Below, piece by piece: positions 34,759 to 49,353 of a stretch of 64,000 bases of DNA. Location: positions 62,001-126,000 of the forward strand of contig ML996706.1 of assembly GCA_010356995.1 (NCBI GenBank). The letters run 5' to 3'. The notes beneath the pieces were generated by a model. That model saw nothing but the letters and a program-made list of their open reading frames with translations. It was not told the origin of the DNA and ran no database searches. Within the stretch, counting starts at the first letter, position 1, and each line of letters opens with the position of its first letter. Source of the stretch: Trichodelitschia bisporula. Its lineage: Eukaryota. Position numbers and translations under genes: made by a program.

Positions 34759-36484
34759 GATGGTTATAGTTTAGTTGATTGAGGAGGTAATGGTAAGATG
34801 TACTGTATTCCCGTTAGATGGGTGATGATCGTTGATCATCGTTGGTGGTGTGAGGGTGACGTCATGTTGATGAATGTAAAGTCAAAGAGTTAGACCTTGA
34901 GATACAAACCTTCGATGATATTCAGAGGTGCGTTGCCGGCCTGTCTACCATGATTGTCCGCTTTTCGAATTTTGGCTGCTCAGCGCTGGCCGCTATGGTG
35001 CTGTTCCCGTACCCGAACCTGCTGGCAAGGTTCATCACATAGTGTCACCTAAACACTGCCATCCCACCTTTGATATCATATTCGCTGAACTGGAACACTG
35101 TTCACCGTTGATGCTACTTCAGGACTCACGTCGGCTCCGTACAGCGGCGAGATGAAGGGAAAGGATTACGCCCGCTGAGACAGATCGTAACCGCTTATCA
35201 CGTCTTCTTTGAGAGAATAGACTAGGCACTTTGCAGCTGTCAGAGACCGATCTTTCTGTACCTCCATGCGGGCGCCACAGTACTTGGTTGTAGCGTGTAC
35301 CACAGCAGATGTTGTCGAAGTGAGTGGTCATGAATGTCGCTTCATGCTCCTTGCCGCGGGATGCGCGCTTGACGCCGTGTACCTAGGGCTAGTGTTGGCG
35401 CTCGTCCATTCCGACGACCTCCCATTTCAACCTGCCTTGCCACATACTTTTCAACCTCACTCGTTGTCGTGATAGACCTTTTGACAGTTCTTTCGCTTAC
35501 TTTAACTGCAAAAATAACTTCCATCACCTCCACCGCCTCGAATCCGAACTTCTCTGGATTGTAGTACCTACCTGGAGAAGTCGACGAGCCATACCATGAC
35601 GGGCCGGCCCATATTCACTGCACATTCATCGGCTGCATGCAGCACAGCGGAAAGGCGACAAACGAACAGACGATGGACGAATTGGATTCGATTTCCGGCT
35701 ACTCCCAGCTAACAGCCTCGTTGACGCCTACGTCTGTGCCGCAATGCCTCGTCTGGCCCTCCTAGGCCAACCAACTGCTAGAAAGCCTTGCGTGTACTTT
35801 CATGCTGGGCGTCGAGCGTATCTACTGGATATATCCGATGTATCAAGTGCCGTCGCTATGCCTCTAGCATCCATTGGGTGTGGCCTCAAGTTTCTTTTTT
35901 CCGTTTGTCGCGGGGGAATGGACTGTGGCTTCTTGCCGCTCGCTATCTTCCTAGCTGCTCCCACGCGGTCCACCTCCATGAACCATGAAAGGCTGGAATA
36001 TTTATGCGCGTTCTGGGTTCCGGGATCGTGATGATGTTCGTGGCCGCAGTCACTGTCTTGGACCGATGAGTTGTTCGTCTTGCCTCCTCTCTAACCCCGA
36101 TGGATGTCGGCTGCGAGCAAGGATTAATGCAAACGGCTGGATTTAGATGTCTGTCAAATCGCCCATTTGGTGAAGTCCAGAATCACACTATCGCCTTCTA
36201 AACAGTCGGTGTCCAATCTGCGCCCTGCCGAGCACCCGTCCTGTCTCGCTCCGGGTAATAGCATGAGAGCGAGTGCAATCCTTGGACGGGCGGATTTTGT
36301 CCCATGCTCTGCCGCTTTCAAAGTTGTTGAGGCAGCTTGAGTTAAGGGTGAGACGGAAGGCGAAGATGGGCTAACAACCTGTTCCTTCAACCCCATACAA
36401 TAAGGATAGTCCAGCTCCTCGCTAGCTCCACATCTCCTTTCCTCCACAACCTCCTCTCGGCTTCCGCCATTTTTTCACAGCAGA

Positions 36485-39400
36485 ATGTCGCTGGAGTCAA
36501 TTTTCAACCACCTTGTGCTGCCTCCAAAGCTGCCAGGCAGGGAGGATAGCAACTTGGACGAAATCAATCGCCAGCTCACAACTCGACTTCTCAAAGCCGT
36601 CGACACACTTAGAGATTCAGATGACGAATTCTTTCAAACCCTTGACAGTATTAGCCGCTCCATCAAGCTTTGCGAAGCCATTAACGAAGATGGATGGATC
36701 AACAAATCGGCCCTCATGAATGCCTTTCCCTCAGTCCAGCACTCGGACGCAGTCATCTTGCATATCAGCGGGCAGAATGCTGGTCTCCTGATACGGCCTG
36801 AGACTGAGTGAGTGACATTGGAATCTCATAACTTCATCGACTGATAATCACAGCAAAATCGTCTTTGAAGCTTTCGAAGCTTCACCGGTTTCCGAAGACG
36901 TCTTGGCTTCGAAGGCCGCCCTTGAATGGGATTTCCCTGGCAGTGCGGTCGCTATGAGCCTTCGGGACTTCGTGGATCCCAACTTCCAGGAAGCCATTGC
37001 CGATTTTCTTGGAGAAGTCAGCTCGCAGACATTCGGCAGGTTTGCGGCCAGCACCAAGAAGGCAGGAAAGGACAACGTCGAGGTCCGGGACACTACGGAT
37101 CCAGCTCTCGTGACACAACTGCTCATGAACTTACTGGAGCCTCAAGGATGCCGCGTATTTCCTCCTCTGTTGCGCAAACGTGTCTACGACAACGTGTGCT
37201 GGGACAATTCAGAAATACCTTGGAGGCGGTCTCCATTCTGGCTCGTGCTCCGCGTGTCACTTCAGAGACTACTTTGCCTGTCACTGGGCGACGGGGAAGG
37301 ACGGGTGCATTATAAATTCATCCTTTGCCTTGTATTGGCGAAACTGCTCGATGAATCATTGGCCCACCCCAGCCTCGAGACTCCACATCTCTTGAAGGCT
37401 AAGCTCTGCAGACGTCTCGGGAAGCTCGAATCAGAGAGATCTCAAGCGTTTGGCTCCCTCCATGAGGTCTATGGCAAGCTTTTTGCAGCGCTGGAACCGT
37501 GTTTGCGAGCGTCTGTCCTGGCGGCCACCAACCACATCGAAGTGAAGTGGCGGCAATACAGGAAAGACATTCAGAGACCGATTCCGAAGCTGCCACTTCG
37601 GGTTGGCCCATTGGAAACTCGCCTTTTGCTTCGAAACAGTGGAGAACATCTCGGGGCCATCTTGGACGAGTTCCAACGGTCGAGCAGAATGAGATACATA
37701 TCTTCCGAGGCACGCGACTATGAAATTGCTGTCAGAGATTACATGTCTAAAGCTCCGATGCATCAGCTCTTTACTCGCTACATGTCGCTTGCAGGTCTCA
37801 ACTGTGCTATGGTCCGCTTTGCAAACGAAACACAGGAAGTGCTGGGCTATCATCCTCTAAGGATAGTCAGTGACAACATCCACAAATTCCTCGATGAAGC
37901 TCACGGCGCCTTTGATTCTTGTCCGGAGCAGATGAGTAGCATCCTTCTCACTGTTTTCAGGCTTTGGATGGCCATGGACGAATGCACCACGCGCAGCTTT
38001 CCTCTTTTGAAAGAGTATCATCCTGGCTTTGAACCTGAGATTCTGGATGTTCTGCAGCTGTCTCGCCTTGAGGACATGGTGTCTTTGCGGACAGTGCAAG
38101 AATACGTCATGGAAAGGTGCAAGCATTCCGGCAGGGCGACCATTTTTGCGGATCCTGGACTCGATTGTTTCGCTTACCGCTTTGTACAAGAATCACCCTC
38201 CATGTTCCGCGCCCATCAGCAACGCGTTGAACAGGCTTCAGAGGCGGCGCGCAGTGCAAAGGAGCGTGAATGGCGCCGTTTGGACGCCGAGTATTCTAGG
38301 TTCACGTCGCAGATTGCTGTCTCAACTTGCACCCTAAAGCGGAACCCCGATGGCTCGCACGACATCAAAGGCTGCAGTCAATGTTACTTCCGCCGTCAGC
38401 GGAAGCGACTTCGGATTGATATTCACGAAGAGTTTCTTCCGAATGAAGACACGACGGCGAATATGATTCAGAAGCAAGCAATAATCTTTGAGATGGCAAT
38501 TCCTATGGAATTTGCAATGTATCGAGAGGCCACTTGGAGAATCCTTAGCACCCTGTGCCGTCCGAAAGGGGCCATGACTTCGGAAACTCCGCGAGTACTG
38601 CTCAAGGATCATCCCCCGCTTCAAATATTTATGCCCATGAGTTCGGGCAACTTTGCCTTGGGTTCTAAGACGAAGTCCTTTCTTGTCGCCCACTACAAAT
38701 CTCGCCGTTTCCCCGCGTCCTTGGATGATGTCATCAAGCCTTTAGGACTCAATTTCTCCTACTACGACTCGAGGCTTAAAGGCTGGGCGAGCGACCTAAC
38801 CACTCCGCCGACTCTTGTGCATCATTGCTTGTTCTCTGCTCAGAAGACGCCCTTTACTGGAGTTGATCATCTTACCGGTCCAACTTCGTATGAAATCATT
38901 TCAAACCAGACCAAGTGTCCCTCTGCTCTAACCCAGCAGGAGTTTGCGGCCTATCAAAGCCTCTTAACGGGGAAAGCTGGCCGGTGGATGACAATCATAC
39001 GAGAACTTGGATCCACTAATCTCAACTTCAGCTCCGAAGCTACGATGAACCTGATCAACCAATTGGCGTTGCAGGCCGGACCAACTCATGAATCCGATGT
39101 CCTTCGTGTTCCTCACGTTACCTTTCGAGATACTGATTTCTGCGACAAGCTTTTTCAGTTGCTTAACCAAAAGTTGGATGGCTTGTTCACGAACTGGCGC
39201 GAGACTCACTGCTTGGAGCTCTTGACGACGTTGACCCTTCGCCTCTGCACTCTTGGCGACGACCTCGCTAAGAATAACGGCTTGCGGCTGCTCACAAAGG
39301 TCCGCACTGTGACGCTCAATTGGATTCTTCGACTCCGGGCGGAAGTCTCCTCGGCGTCCGACGCTGATTCCGCCAAAAGAGCTGCTCAATACGCCTTCGG

Positions 39401-42400
39401 GGCTGCTTTGTTGTGTCGCAGAACCTTCTCTGCCAACTGTGACCTTGACATCCAAGTTAATGAGGAGGCGCTTAAGTGCTTCGTTGAGGCCTCTATTGCG
39501 CTACAAGAGAATGCCCCTAGCGATCCTTCCTCACTCCCACTGGCGTTGAAAAACATGCTCTTGCGAGATGTATACTTATCATTCCGGATCACACATCGTG
39601 TTCGTCAGGCCATTCGATCTTATCCAGCCGGGCTGGCCTCCGCTATCGAGACCGTTTGGCCTCTGCCTGAAGGGAGTCCACATAGGGCCTTTGCACAGTG
39701 GAAGTTTTTGCAGCCGCCCGACGATGAATGGGTGATGTCGACTGTTCAAGACGACAAGCTGAAGCCACAGACTGTCCATTACAATTTTGTCCAAGGCCAC
39801 CTTACCGTTGATTCGAAGCCCTTGGGGAAGCTCCCTGCGGATGTACGTGACTCCGAAATTGTCAAAATGCTTTTTGGGAACCAACATCTGCTTTCGGTTC
39901 CTTCTAATGTCCCTGGGATGCTCCATGCCCTGGTTACGCCACTGGAGGACCATGTTGTGCATATTGGGTATCGTGGGGGACAACTTATGCTCCGAGCCTT
40001 GTACAGGAGCACTACGTTGGAGCTTATTAGCTCCAGTATGTTCGGCCATGCTCACAGCCTCGACCTGCCAGCTTCACTAGTCAATGACTGTGTTCACTGG
40101 CTGGATCTCAAGAGCGGGATTATGGACATCAGAAGGAAGCCAGCTATTTGGCGTGCCAACCGCCCGGCAAACTGGGCGCTCGATATTCGCAATTGTCGGG
40201 CTCGCCGGCGTGATGTGTTGTTAGTTGAGCCTTCTTGTCCGGTTGCGCAGGACATTGTCGGCATCTTCAAGCATTTCGCCGCTGCTCAGGATCTGACGAT
40301 ATACCAGCGTCAGAAGCGTGGGGGCACTCTCTCTGTGGATATCAAGCACTTTGATCTCCGGTTCAACGTCAACCACAAACAACTCCTGCAGTCGAGGCAA
40401 TTGACGTCGGAAATTGACCCCGACCAAGACGCGGGGGTGTTCTACGGGCTTCAGAGCAAAATTGTCCTTCGGGACATCGCAAATCCGCTTCTGCGAAGCA
40501 TCATCCTTCCCCTGGGGACTTTGGATTTCAGGCGAACTCCTGTACATGTGTCATCTCGTATTATGTCTACAGCCGGCGTTTACGCGCGCTTCAATATCAA
40601 CGCCGAGCTACAGCGCCTGGAATGCCCCCCCGAGCCGCGCTTGCTCTACACCAAAGCTGAGCTCCACGCTTACACGTCATTTTTCTTGCCGGATCCCTTG
40701 ACAGGGAGAACGGGGGCAGAGGAGGCTCTTCATTGTCTGCATTCGGGCCTGTTCCAACCGTGGAGTTCAACTGAGTTCCCCATCGCGCTGACCAAGTTAC
40801 TCTCCATTGCCAAGCTAACGCCACTCCGCAAGTACTATCCACGCGGGCTGAAGCGACAACAAGAAGTCGGTTGGAACGAAAACCTTACGGCGTCTGTTCA
40901 ACACGAGAGCTACCTACCGGCCGTCGCCGCCATCTACTCGGCCTTTGAAAGATTATCTGCGCTAGCTGAAAAAGATTCAGACAAACCCCAAACGGAGCTG
41001 TCCAAGATAATTGCAGGCTACGTTTCGCACCTCGGCGAACGTGCTTCCGCTCACCAGTCTCGATATGAGCGTCCGCATGCCTTCTCTGGCAGGTATGACA
41101 GACTGCTGGATGTTGCTTATCAACGTCGTGACAACCCGGATCAGTCAAAACAAGGCAAAAATGTGTATGATGTTGCATTTTTGCTCTGCAATCCACCACC
41201 GGCTCAGCTTCGCACGACATTGACTTTGGCGGCGCAGCTAAGCAAGTTTACCCTCATTCAAGGGCACCACAAAACTTACGATGCAACGATCGACTCATCA
41301 CTCAGCGCGGACCTCGCTCTGAGTTGGGGTTCTCTTGTTGAGCTTTGCCGAAAGAGTCGGCCCGAACAAAAGCACCGTTTGATATTTGTTTTAGGGACCA
41401 TTGCCTTTCGCAACGATATCGACATGAATCTCATCAAGACGCTATTGGCCTTCAGCATCTTCGATGAGCTCAAAGACAAGCGCTTGCCGGAGTTCCCTAC
41501 CTTCATGGACTTCAAGCCGAATGAACCCCCAACAGAAGAGGTATTGACCACTTTGGTTTCTGGTTGTCACCCTCCATATACTTCCAGCGATGTAGAAGAA
41601 CACGATGGTTACTTCAAGCTGTCGGCCAAAATGCGAAAGGCGCGGTTGAACGCGCCAAAAGCATATGAAGCGAAATGTGCCGAGGAGAACAAGAGATTCG
41701 TCGGGTTTCTTTTACGCCAGTGGCCCTGCAGGTGCCCGAGCTCAGAAGGGTTTGATGCTGCGAGTCTTGAAGTTTACCAAGCCATTGAACTCATCAAGCC
41801 GGAATGGTTGAGATTGTGGCAAAATCTACAATTCTCGCAGCACCTTGACGATGTTCAAGGAATTCTTAAGGCTCGTTACACTCGGGTGCAAACCCCCCAA
41901 CCGCAATCAGCAGTGCATGATGTTGAATATTTCCGGATGTACTTTGAGCGCATGGCCATGCCGTCACTTTCGCCTAACTTCTTATCAGCATGTGGTACTA
42001 TCCATGCCACCGGTCTTCCAGGAACTTCAGGCGTTGGAATTGCTAGAACCAGTGCCGTCGAAACCCCATTCCATCGAGACATCTGCAAAATACTGCCCGC
42101 CGATCACATGGAATTGGACCAGCTTCTAAGTCGCTTTTCTCATACGGAATCACCGTTGCGGAAGCGGTACGCCCAAGACATGAAACAAAGCCTGGTGGCA
42201 TTGAGCAAAACGGATCAGGAATCGAACCAGCCTCGAAATGAGCCTCCGCCGCATCGTGAATTGGCTGATGCCCAAACGTCTATGCAGCAACGGTTGGAGG
42301 GGATCCAACTTGCTTGCTCCGCAAATGATCCTAGGAGTTGGTGGCTAACAAATAGTGGTCTTTGGCCCTGCATCTCTCCGGTCACCCTGCTTGAGCAGCT

Positions 42401-45400
42401 GCGGTCCACTTCCGAACTTACTATCAGCGAGAACGTGAAGCGGGTGCTGATAGATTATGCTCTTTCAATCACAGCTGTCCAACGTCTGTTGAGAATCAAG
42501 GCTGCCAGCACTAATTATGACCGCAATAAGATAAATGAGGAAAGAGCAAACGTCGGTCACGAAAATTGGAGTCCCTTGCAATATCCCGACTGGCTGCTTT
42601 TGGAGATTGATGCCAACATCCTCCTCCGGAAGGAACAAGTCGATGTTGCCCTTGCGACCATTTCACCAACATCTGGGTCCAACTCTGTGGTGCAGATGCA
42701 AATGGGTCAAGGTATTCAATGTCGTACTGCTTTCGTTGCGGCTTACTGATCTTGATGTAGGCAAAACGTCCTGCATTATACCCATGGTTGCAGCAGTTTT
42801 GGCCGACGGTACTCAACTGACGAGAATCATTGTGCCAAAAACTCTGCTTCTGCAAACGGCGCAAATACTCCAATCCAGGCTTGGGGGGCTGCTCGGCCGG
42901 ACCATCAAGCACGTCCCCTTCTCCCGATTGTCTCCGTCATCGCCGGATGTTATGCAAGCTTACCATTCATTGCATCAAGAGGTACTGGCTTCATCTGGGG
43001 TTATTTTGGCATTGCCAGAACACATCTTGTCGTTTTTCCTCTGCGGCCGCCAGCGTCTCTCTGATTATCTCATGGAAGAGGCTGCAAAAATGGTCCAGAT
43101 CCAGTCTTGGTTTGACTCGGTGTCTCGCGATGTCCTGGATGAAAGCGATTACACGCTTGCAGTCCGCACTCAGCTAATATACCCAAGCGGCTCACTCAAG
43201 ACGGTCGACGGCCATCCACATCGGTGGATAACAGCGCAAAGCCTGTTGAGGATGGTTCACGGTCACCTGGAAGGCCTTCAGAAGGAATATCCACGGAGCG
43301 TCCAAGTGGTTTCGAACTCGGCGAAGGGCTTCCCTGTGCTTCACTTTTTGCGAAGGGATGTCGAAGACGCGCTGCTTGCACGATTAGTGAACGACATCGT
43401 GGATGGCCGCTTGCCTGTACTCCCCATCCAAAATTGTGCCGCAGCCCTTCGGAAAGCCATTAAGTCGTTCCTTTCAGAGGAGCAGGTGGATTCTTCGGTT
43501 GCATCGGCAATTGCCCGCGTTTTCCCAGACAACCCTGCTGCCATGAAATGTTTGTTCCTCTTACGTGGCCTACTTGTTCACCGTATTCTTCTGTTGTGCT
43601 TGAAAAAACGGTGGAACTTTCAGTATGGATTGCATCCGAACCGCGATCCTATCGCTGTACCGTTCACTGCCAAAGGCGTCCCCTCCGACCAAGCGGAGTG
43701 GGGTCACCCGGACGTTGCCATTTTATTCACCTGCCTTGCCTTTTACTACAGCGGCTTGACACTCGACCAGTTGCGTGAAGGGCTGCAACATGTCTTGAAA
43801 TCCGATGATCCTGCGAGCGAGTATGACAGGTGGACCCATGGCGCCATTTCTCTTCCCCACGGACTTCAACACTGGAACGCCATCAATATCGATGATGAAG
43901 GCCAAATTCAGGAAATCTGGTCGCATCTCCGCTTCACCGTAACTGTCATCGATCATTTTTTGAATCACTTTGTGTTCCCTAGGCACGCAACGCAGTTTGC
44001 GATTAAGCTCCAAGCTTCAGGCTGGGACCTCCCTCTTTTCCTTGGGAGCAAGCAAGCTAAGGCCGATGGAACTCGTGAGAAGCGGACCTCCCGAGCCTTG
44101 ACGACGGGTTTCAGCGGGACAAACGATAATCGGCGGATGTTGCCCTTGACTATTCAACAGGATGATCTTCCCGGCCTTTCGCATACAAATGCTCAGGTTC
44201 TCGCATATCTTTTGCAGTCGCGGAACCGGTCGTACGTGCTTGCCGCCACGCAAACCGGACAACATATTTCGGAGAAGGAGCTTCTCATCAGGCTCCGCGG
44301 GAAGGGTATCCGCATACTCATTGATGCCGGTGCTCTAATTCTGGAGATGGACAACCACAGCCTAGCTAGAGAATGGTTGCAAATTGATACCCAAGCACAA
44401 GCTGCCGTTTACTTTGACAACAAAAGTAAGCCATGGGTGCTCTACAGGAACAACAAGAGGCTTCCACTTCTGGCAACTCCGTTTGCCAACAACCTTGAGG
44501 AATGTGTTGTCTACCTCGACGAGGCCCACACCAGAGGGACTGACCTGAAGTTGCCACCGAAAGCCAAAGGTGCACTGACACTTGGTCTCGGCCAGACCAA
44601 GGACCAGACAGTGCAAGCCGCGATGAGACTTCGACAGCTCGGGACAACTCAGTCTGTCACCTTTTTTGCACCTCCGGAAGTACACCAGAGCATCCTGGAC
44701 CTGCGGAGCGACCGAAATACCGACCGGATAGATTCATCTGATGTTGTATACTGGCTTTTGGAACAAACTTGCAACAGCAACGAGCAGCTTCAGAAGTTAT
44801 ACTGCGCTCAAGGCCTCGACTTCTGCCGCCGCGTCAATGCTGGGAAGAAGAATTCGGACTTTTTGACAAGCGAAACCCACAGGGACAACTACTTACGGGT
44901 GCTGCGACAGCCAGAGCAGCAGTCCTTGCAACAGATGTACAAGCCGACCAGTGGAGCCAAGACCAAAGTGACTGTTAGCACATTCTGCTCAGAAGTTCGT
45001 GGGTTTGTGGACCAACTGGTACAACAACGGGACGTACAAACCGAATGGAGCACAACACATACGTCGGCCCTCGAACAGGTTGAGCAGGAAAGGGAGGTGG
45101 CCAACGAAGTCCAACAGGTGCGGCAAGTGCAGAAACCGGTGCACTTCAAACCATTTACTTTCCCTGGCCTGCATCCTACGATTCGCAGCTTTGCAGCTAC
45201 AGGCAAACTCCGCTCCTGCACGAGCTACATACCCGCATATGCCATATTGTGTCAAACCGAACTGGGCATGAAGCATGAAGTTATACTCGGTCCTGACTTC
45301 GAACAACGGCGTCTGTTTGTCTCGGCTCAGTTTATGCGGACGGTAGAACTGAAAGGCGGCCAGTTGAATGACAACTTTATCGTGAGTTACTTCCAGCATC

Positions 45401-46141
45401 AGAGTCTAATCCAACAATACTGACGATATCTAGCGCCCGGTCAACTGGATCCTCTGGTGTCCCTCCACGCAAACGGCTCTTGTCGTTATTCCTGAGGAGG
45501 CCGAAGAATTAATCCCCATTGTCCGGAAAGCCAACCATGCACAAGTTCATCTGGTGATCTATTCAGCCCCGGTCACCAAAAGGATGCTGCACTTCAACGA
45601 CCTCACGTTCTACTCATTGCCATCGCTTCGTCGCGGCTGGAAAGCGCCTCTTTGGCTGAGAATCCATCTCGGAATCCTTGCCGGGAGACTTTATTTCGAG
45701 TTTGAAGAGCATGGCGAGTTGACAAGGGTTCTAGGGCTCGGGGATGATCCCGTGGATGCACACCGCGGAAGTCAGATAGATAGGGCGGACGACGGAGAAA
45801 CGCGACTCAACTCGAGGCTCAGGAGTTTCGTACAGGACTGGTTGGCTATCAGGCGCAATGGGCAGGATTTCACGCACACTCCGATGGGTTACCTTTGTCA
45901 GGGGTGGACACTAAGGCCGGAGCATCCCTTCTTTACGGAGAGTACCCAGAGCGAGGCTGAGCGGCTTGTCGCCGGAGTTGATCGGTTGCGGATCGGACGA
46001 TCCAACCCCAATGCGGAGGTGGATTATGACAGTGGCGACGAGGATTACGAATCCGAGCATGAGGAAATTGACGACGGAGAGGATGGGCTAGAGGATGGGC
46101 TAGAGGATGGAGCTGAGAGTCAACGTGCTGTAGACTTCTAG
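36485..46141 (+). CDS. Very large (~3170 aa) DUF6606/DUF3638/DUF3645-type P-loop protein
   Basis: HLVLPPKLP, FEAFEASP, PWRRSPFW, YPDWLLLEI, QMQMGQGKT (across intron 42712-42760), LDESD, EWGHPDV, GFSGTND, DEAHTRGTDL, QAAMRLR. Other introns 36808-36853 and 45382-45433. Confidence 0.88.
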
Positions 46142-46988
46142 TACTCGTAAGGCAGCTCGGGGATGGCCTGAAATCCAATCTTGATACATGCTGCTTACTG
46201 TCGCTGTGCTTACATCTGTACACTACCGATATCACTTTCCTTACACGGGATAGCGCATTTACGCCACCTACTTGACCAATCACAGCTAGCGAAGCTTACC
46301 CCGTGCATCCATCATCAACTCTTCAGCCTGACGACATCAATGGAGAACATTCTGAGAAAGGTGAATTCGACAAGCAGCAATAATGCTACGAGATCGATGC
46401 ATTGAAGCCTAACGTCGAGAATTGGATCCCAAATGCTCTATGTCCGGGCGGAGAAAGGCAACCGGGTATAGCAAAGTGCAGCGCTCGTTCGGCGCCTTGT
46501 CCGGCACACGGAGATAGAAATAAATGGCACACAGAAGTCCTCTTCGACATTGTGACCGGCATCTCTTGCGACGACAATACGACCGCAACGAACGATACAT
46601 AGATGCATAAAATCAGTCTAGGGGTATAACTGGACAGTAGGAGTACACCTAGCACGTTTGTTAAATTTCTTTGCGTCGTTGCAAGTTGATATTCGTTCCT
46701 ACCTCTACGTGTGTGCCACATATTTTTTATCTCCGTGTGTCCGGGTACCTTGTCCGGTTCCTGGTCCGGCCCGCTAAACCCCGCCCGATGCCCCGTAAAA
46801 GCCGTTTGGCAAGGCTGCGGGATGGAGTTGTAGATGCAGTTCCACAATTGCATGACGAGGGTGTTTCCGGGCTTCAAAATGTATATAAAAGCCTGCAGTT
46901 CCCCAGCTCGAGACAAGGTCAATCAGCTCGATTTGATCCATTGCAAGACCAACACACTCAGAACCAATTCACCAGCACACCCTTCATC

Positions 46989-48287
46989 ATGGACACGGCA
47001 TTCCCTCCTGCCCCTCCTCCGGCCTCGAACCTGGCCTACTACCGGGTCCTGGCCCCCGTAGCCGGCGTCCGCGTCTCGCCGCTGTGCTTGGGCGCGATGA
47101 ACTTCGGCGAAGCCTGGTAGGGAATCTTGAACCTTCTACGTTCGCAGGGCTGACCCAAAGCAGGAAGGAAATTCTCGGCGAATGCTCCAAGGATACGGCG
47201 TTCGAGATGCTTGACTTCTTCTACAAGAGCGGCGGCAACTTCATTGACACGTGCGTCGCTCCTTTCAATTCCCCCCAATTACGTACTAACGCCATCATAG
47301 CTCTAACAACTACCAGAACGAAGAGAGCGAGACCTGGATCGGCGAGTGGATGGCCTTGCGTGGCAACCGCGAGCAGATCGTGCTAGCAACGAAGTTCACG
47401 ACGGGCTACAAGCGCGGTGGCGTCGCAGTCAACTACCAGGGCCAGCACTCGAAGAGCCTGCACATCTCCGTGGCCGCCAGCCTGAAGAAGCTGCAAACCG
47501 ACTACATCGACCTGCTGTACGTGCACTGGTGGGATTTCACCACCGGCATCGAGGAGGTCATGCAGTCGCTCAACCACCTCGTCACCCAGGGCAAGGTGCT
47601 GTACCTCGGCATCAGCGACACCCCTGCCTGGATCGTTTCCAAGGCGAACCAGTACGCGCGCGATCATGGTCTGCGCCAGTTCAGCGTGTATCAGGGCCGG
47701 TGGAGTGCGGCTGATCGTGACTTCGAGCGTGAAATTATCCCCATGGCTCGTGAGGAGGGTATGGCGCTGGCGCCGTGGGGTGCGCTCGGCGGCGGCAACT
47801 TTAAGACTGAGGAGCAGTTCAAGTCCGGCGAAGGTCGCAAGATGGGAGGCCCGAGTGAGAGGCAACTTGCGGTCACCAAGGCCTTGGAAGCTGTTGCTAA
47901 GAAACATAATACGCTGATCACGAGCGTGGTACGTTTAACCGCTTTCCCCTTCGGAATGTGGTGCTGACAGCACAGGCTCTGGCATATGTACGGCACAAGT
48001 TCCCGTACGTGTACCCCATTGTCGGCGGTCGCAAAGTGTCGCACCTGAAGGGAAATATCGAAGCACTCAGCTTGACCCTCACCGACGGCGAGATCGACGA
48101 GATTGAGGGCGCTGCTCCCTTGGAGATGGGCTTCCCGATGGGCTTCATCTTCGGGGAGCCGTACGTGCAGTACAAGAATGACATGAACGTCAGCAACGTC
48201 CCGTTCGTTCAGTCTACCGCTCTTGTCGAGACTGTTGCCTGGCCCAAGCCATTGACTCCGCACGACAAGGTGGAAAATAAACAATAA
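46989..48287 (+). CDS. Aldo-keto reductase, aryl-alcohol dehydrogenase / norsolorinic acid reductase type
   Basis: [49 protein letters not shown]; three introns. Confidence 0.93.
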
Positions 48288-48737
48288 GGGGCGAAGCACA
48301 CGCAGTGTGAGAGTGGGATTTGGCCGGTTTTCTAATCTTTGATGGGATCAGAAGGACTTGAGAGCTAATAATGAATGAATTGGGTTAGATCAATGTCTGC
48401 TTGACTTGTCAGCTTGTCATAGCTTAGATGTAAAATGGCAGTTGTAATAGAACGTGAATGCATTGTCCGTCTGTTTACAGTTGCAGTCTCAATATATGGC
48501 ATGATTCAAGTCCTAAGACATTATACTACGAGACGGCCATTAGCTCTCGGTCAGCTCTCTTCCTGCAGCGATGATACCCTGGATCAGGCGGGAATGCCGC
48601 CAGCCTACTCCACTCACATCAGGCCCCTGAGAACGTCACAAGCAACAGCCTCCCAGAACTTGTGAGCCCAAAACAGCCGCCTACGCCTGGTTTTCCAACC
48701 TAAGGAAGAAAAGAGACCTTATTTGACGTTCGTTTTT

Positions 48738-49039
48738 TTAGATGCCACCGCCTGCACATCCGAATCAGTTTCTGCATCTAGCCACAGCCCTAGCCGAGGA
48801 AGCTTACGTACCCGACCGCGAGGCATCAACGTGGAAGTCGCCCTCGAGGCGCTGTCTCCGTTTGGCCGCCAGTGTGCGAGACTTGAGGACGAAGTATGAA
48901 CCACCGAGGGTGAGGAGGGAGAAGACGGCGAGATTGCGGCGGCTGCGAGATTGGTTAGCCTTGAGCCTTGGGAGGGGCAAATGTGAGGCTAGGTGGAAAG
49001 GAAGACGTACTTGAAGTAGAAGTTGAAAGTTGAAGCCAT
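48738..49039 (-). CDS. 57-aa three-exon single-TM microprotein (absent from the ORF track)
   Basis: Exons 49039-49011, 48942-48812 and 48751-48738 with canonical introns give MASTFNFYFNRRNLAVFSLLTLGGSYFVLKSRTLAAKRRQRLEGDFHVDASRSGGGI*. Confidence 0.75.
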
Positions 49040-49353
49040 TGTCGCAAAGAACGATGTATATAGACGTTAAACAGCAATTGAGGAGATGATTTTGAGGAAA
49101 TGACTCTGTGGGATTGAGTCGTGGTGGCGGAAGAGAGCGGCGGGAGAGGACGGTTGTTGGGAGCTCACCCGCACGCGACCCCGGATTCCGACTGGCGTCA
49201 TGTTCTAGACGATGGAAGCCTGATCCCTGTAGCCCTTATCGATAGCATTCGAGCCAGGCAGAGACGAAATCTTGGCGATTTTTTCGCCGACCCTCGTCTT
49301 GAGTCGCCGCTCCATCACCCGCGAATACACAATCAAACCACCATTCCTCCATC

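Noticed and set aside
49121..49353. N-terminal ORF extensions of ESF1 (and similarly DBP7 at 61196-61348)
   Set aside because: They start at non-ATG codons and run through UTR or intron; the real starts are ATG 49354 and 61349.
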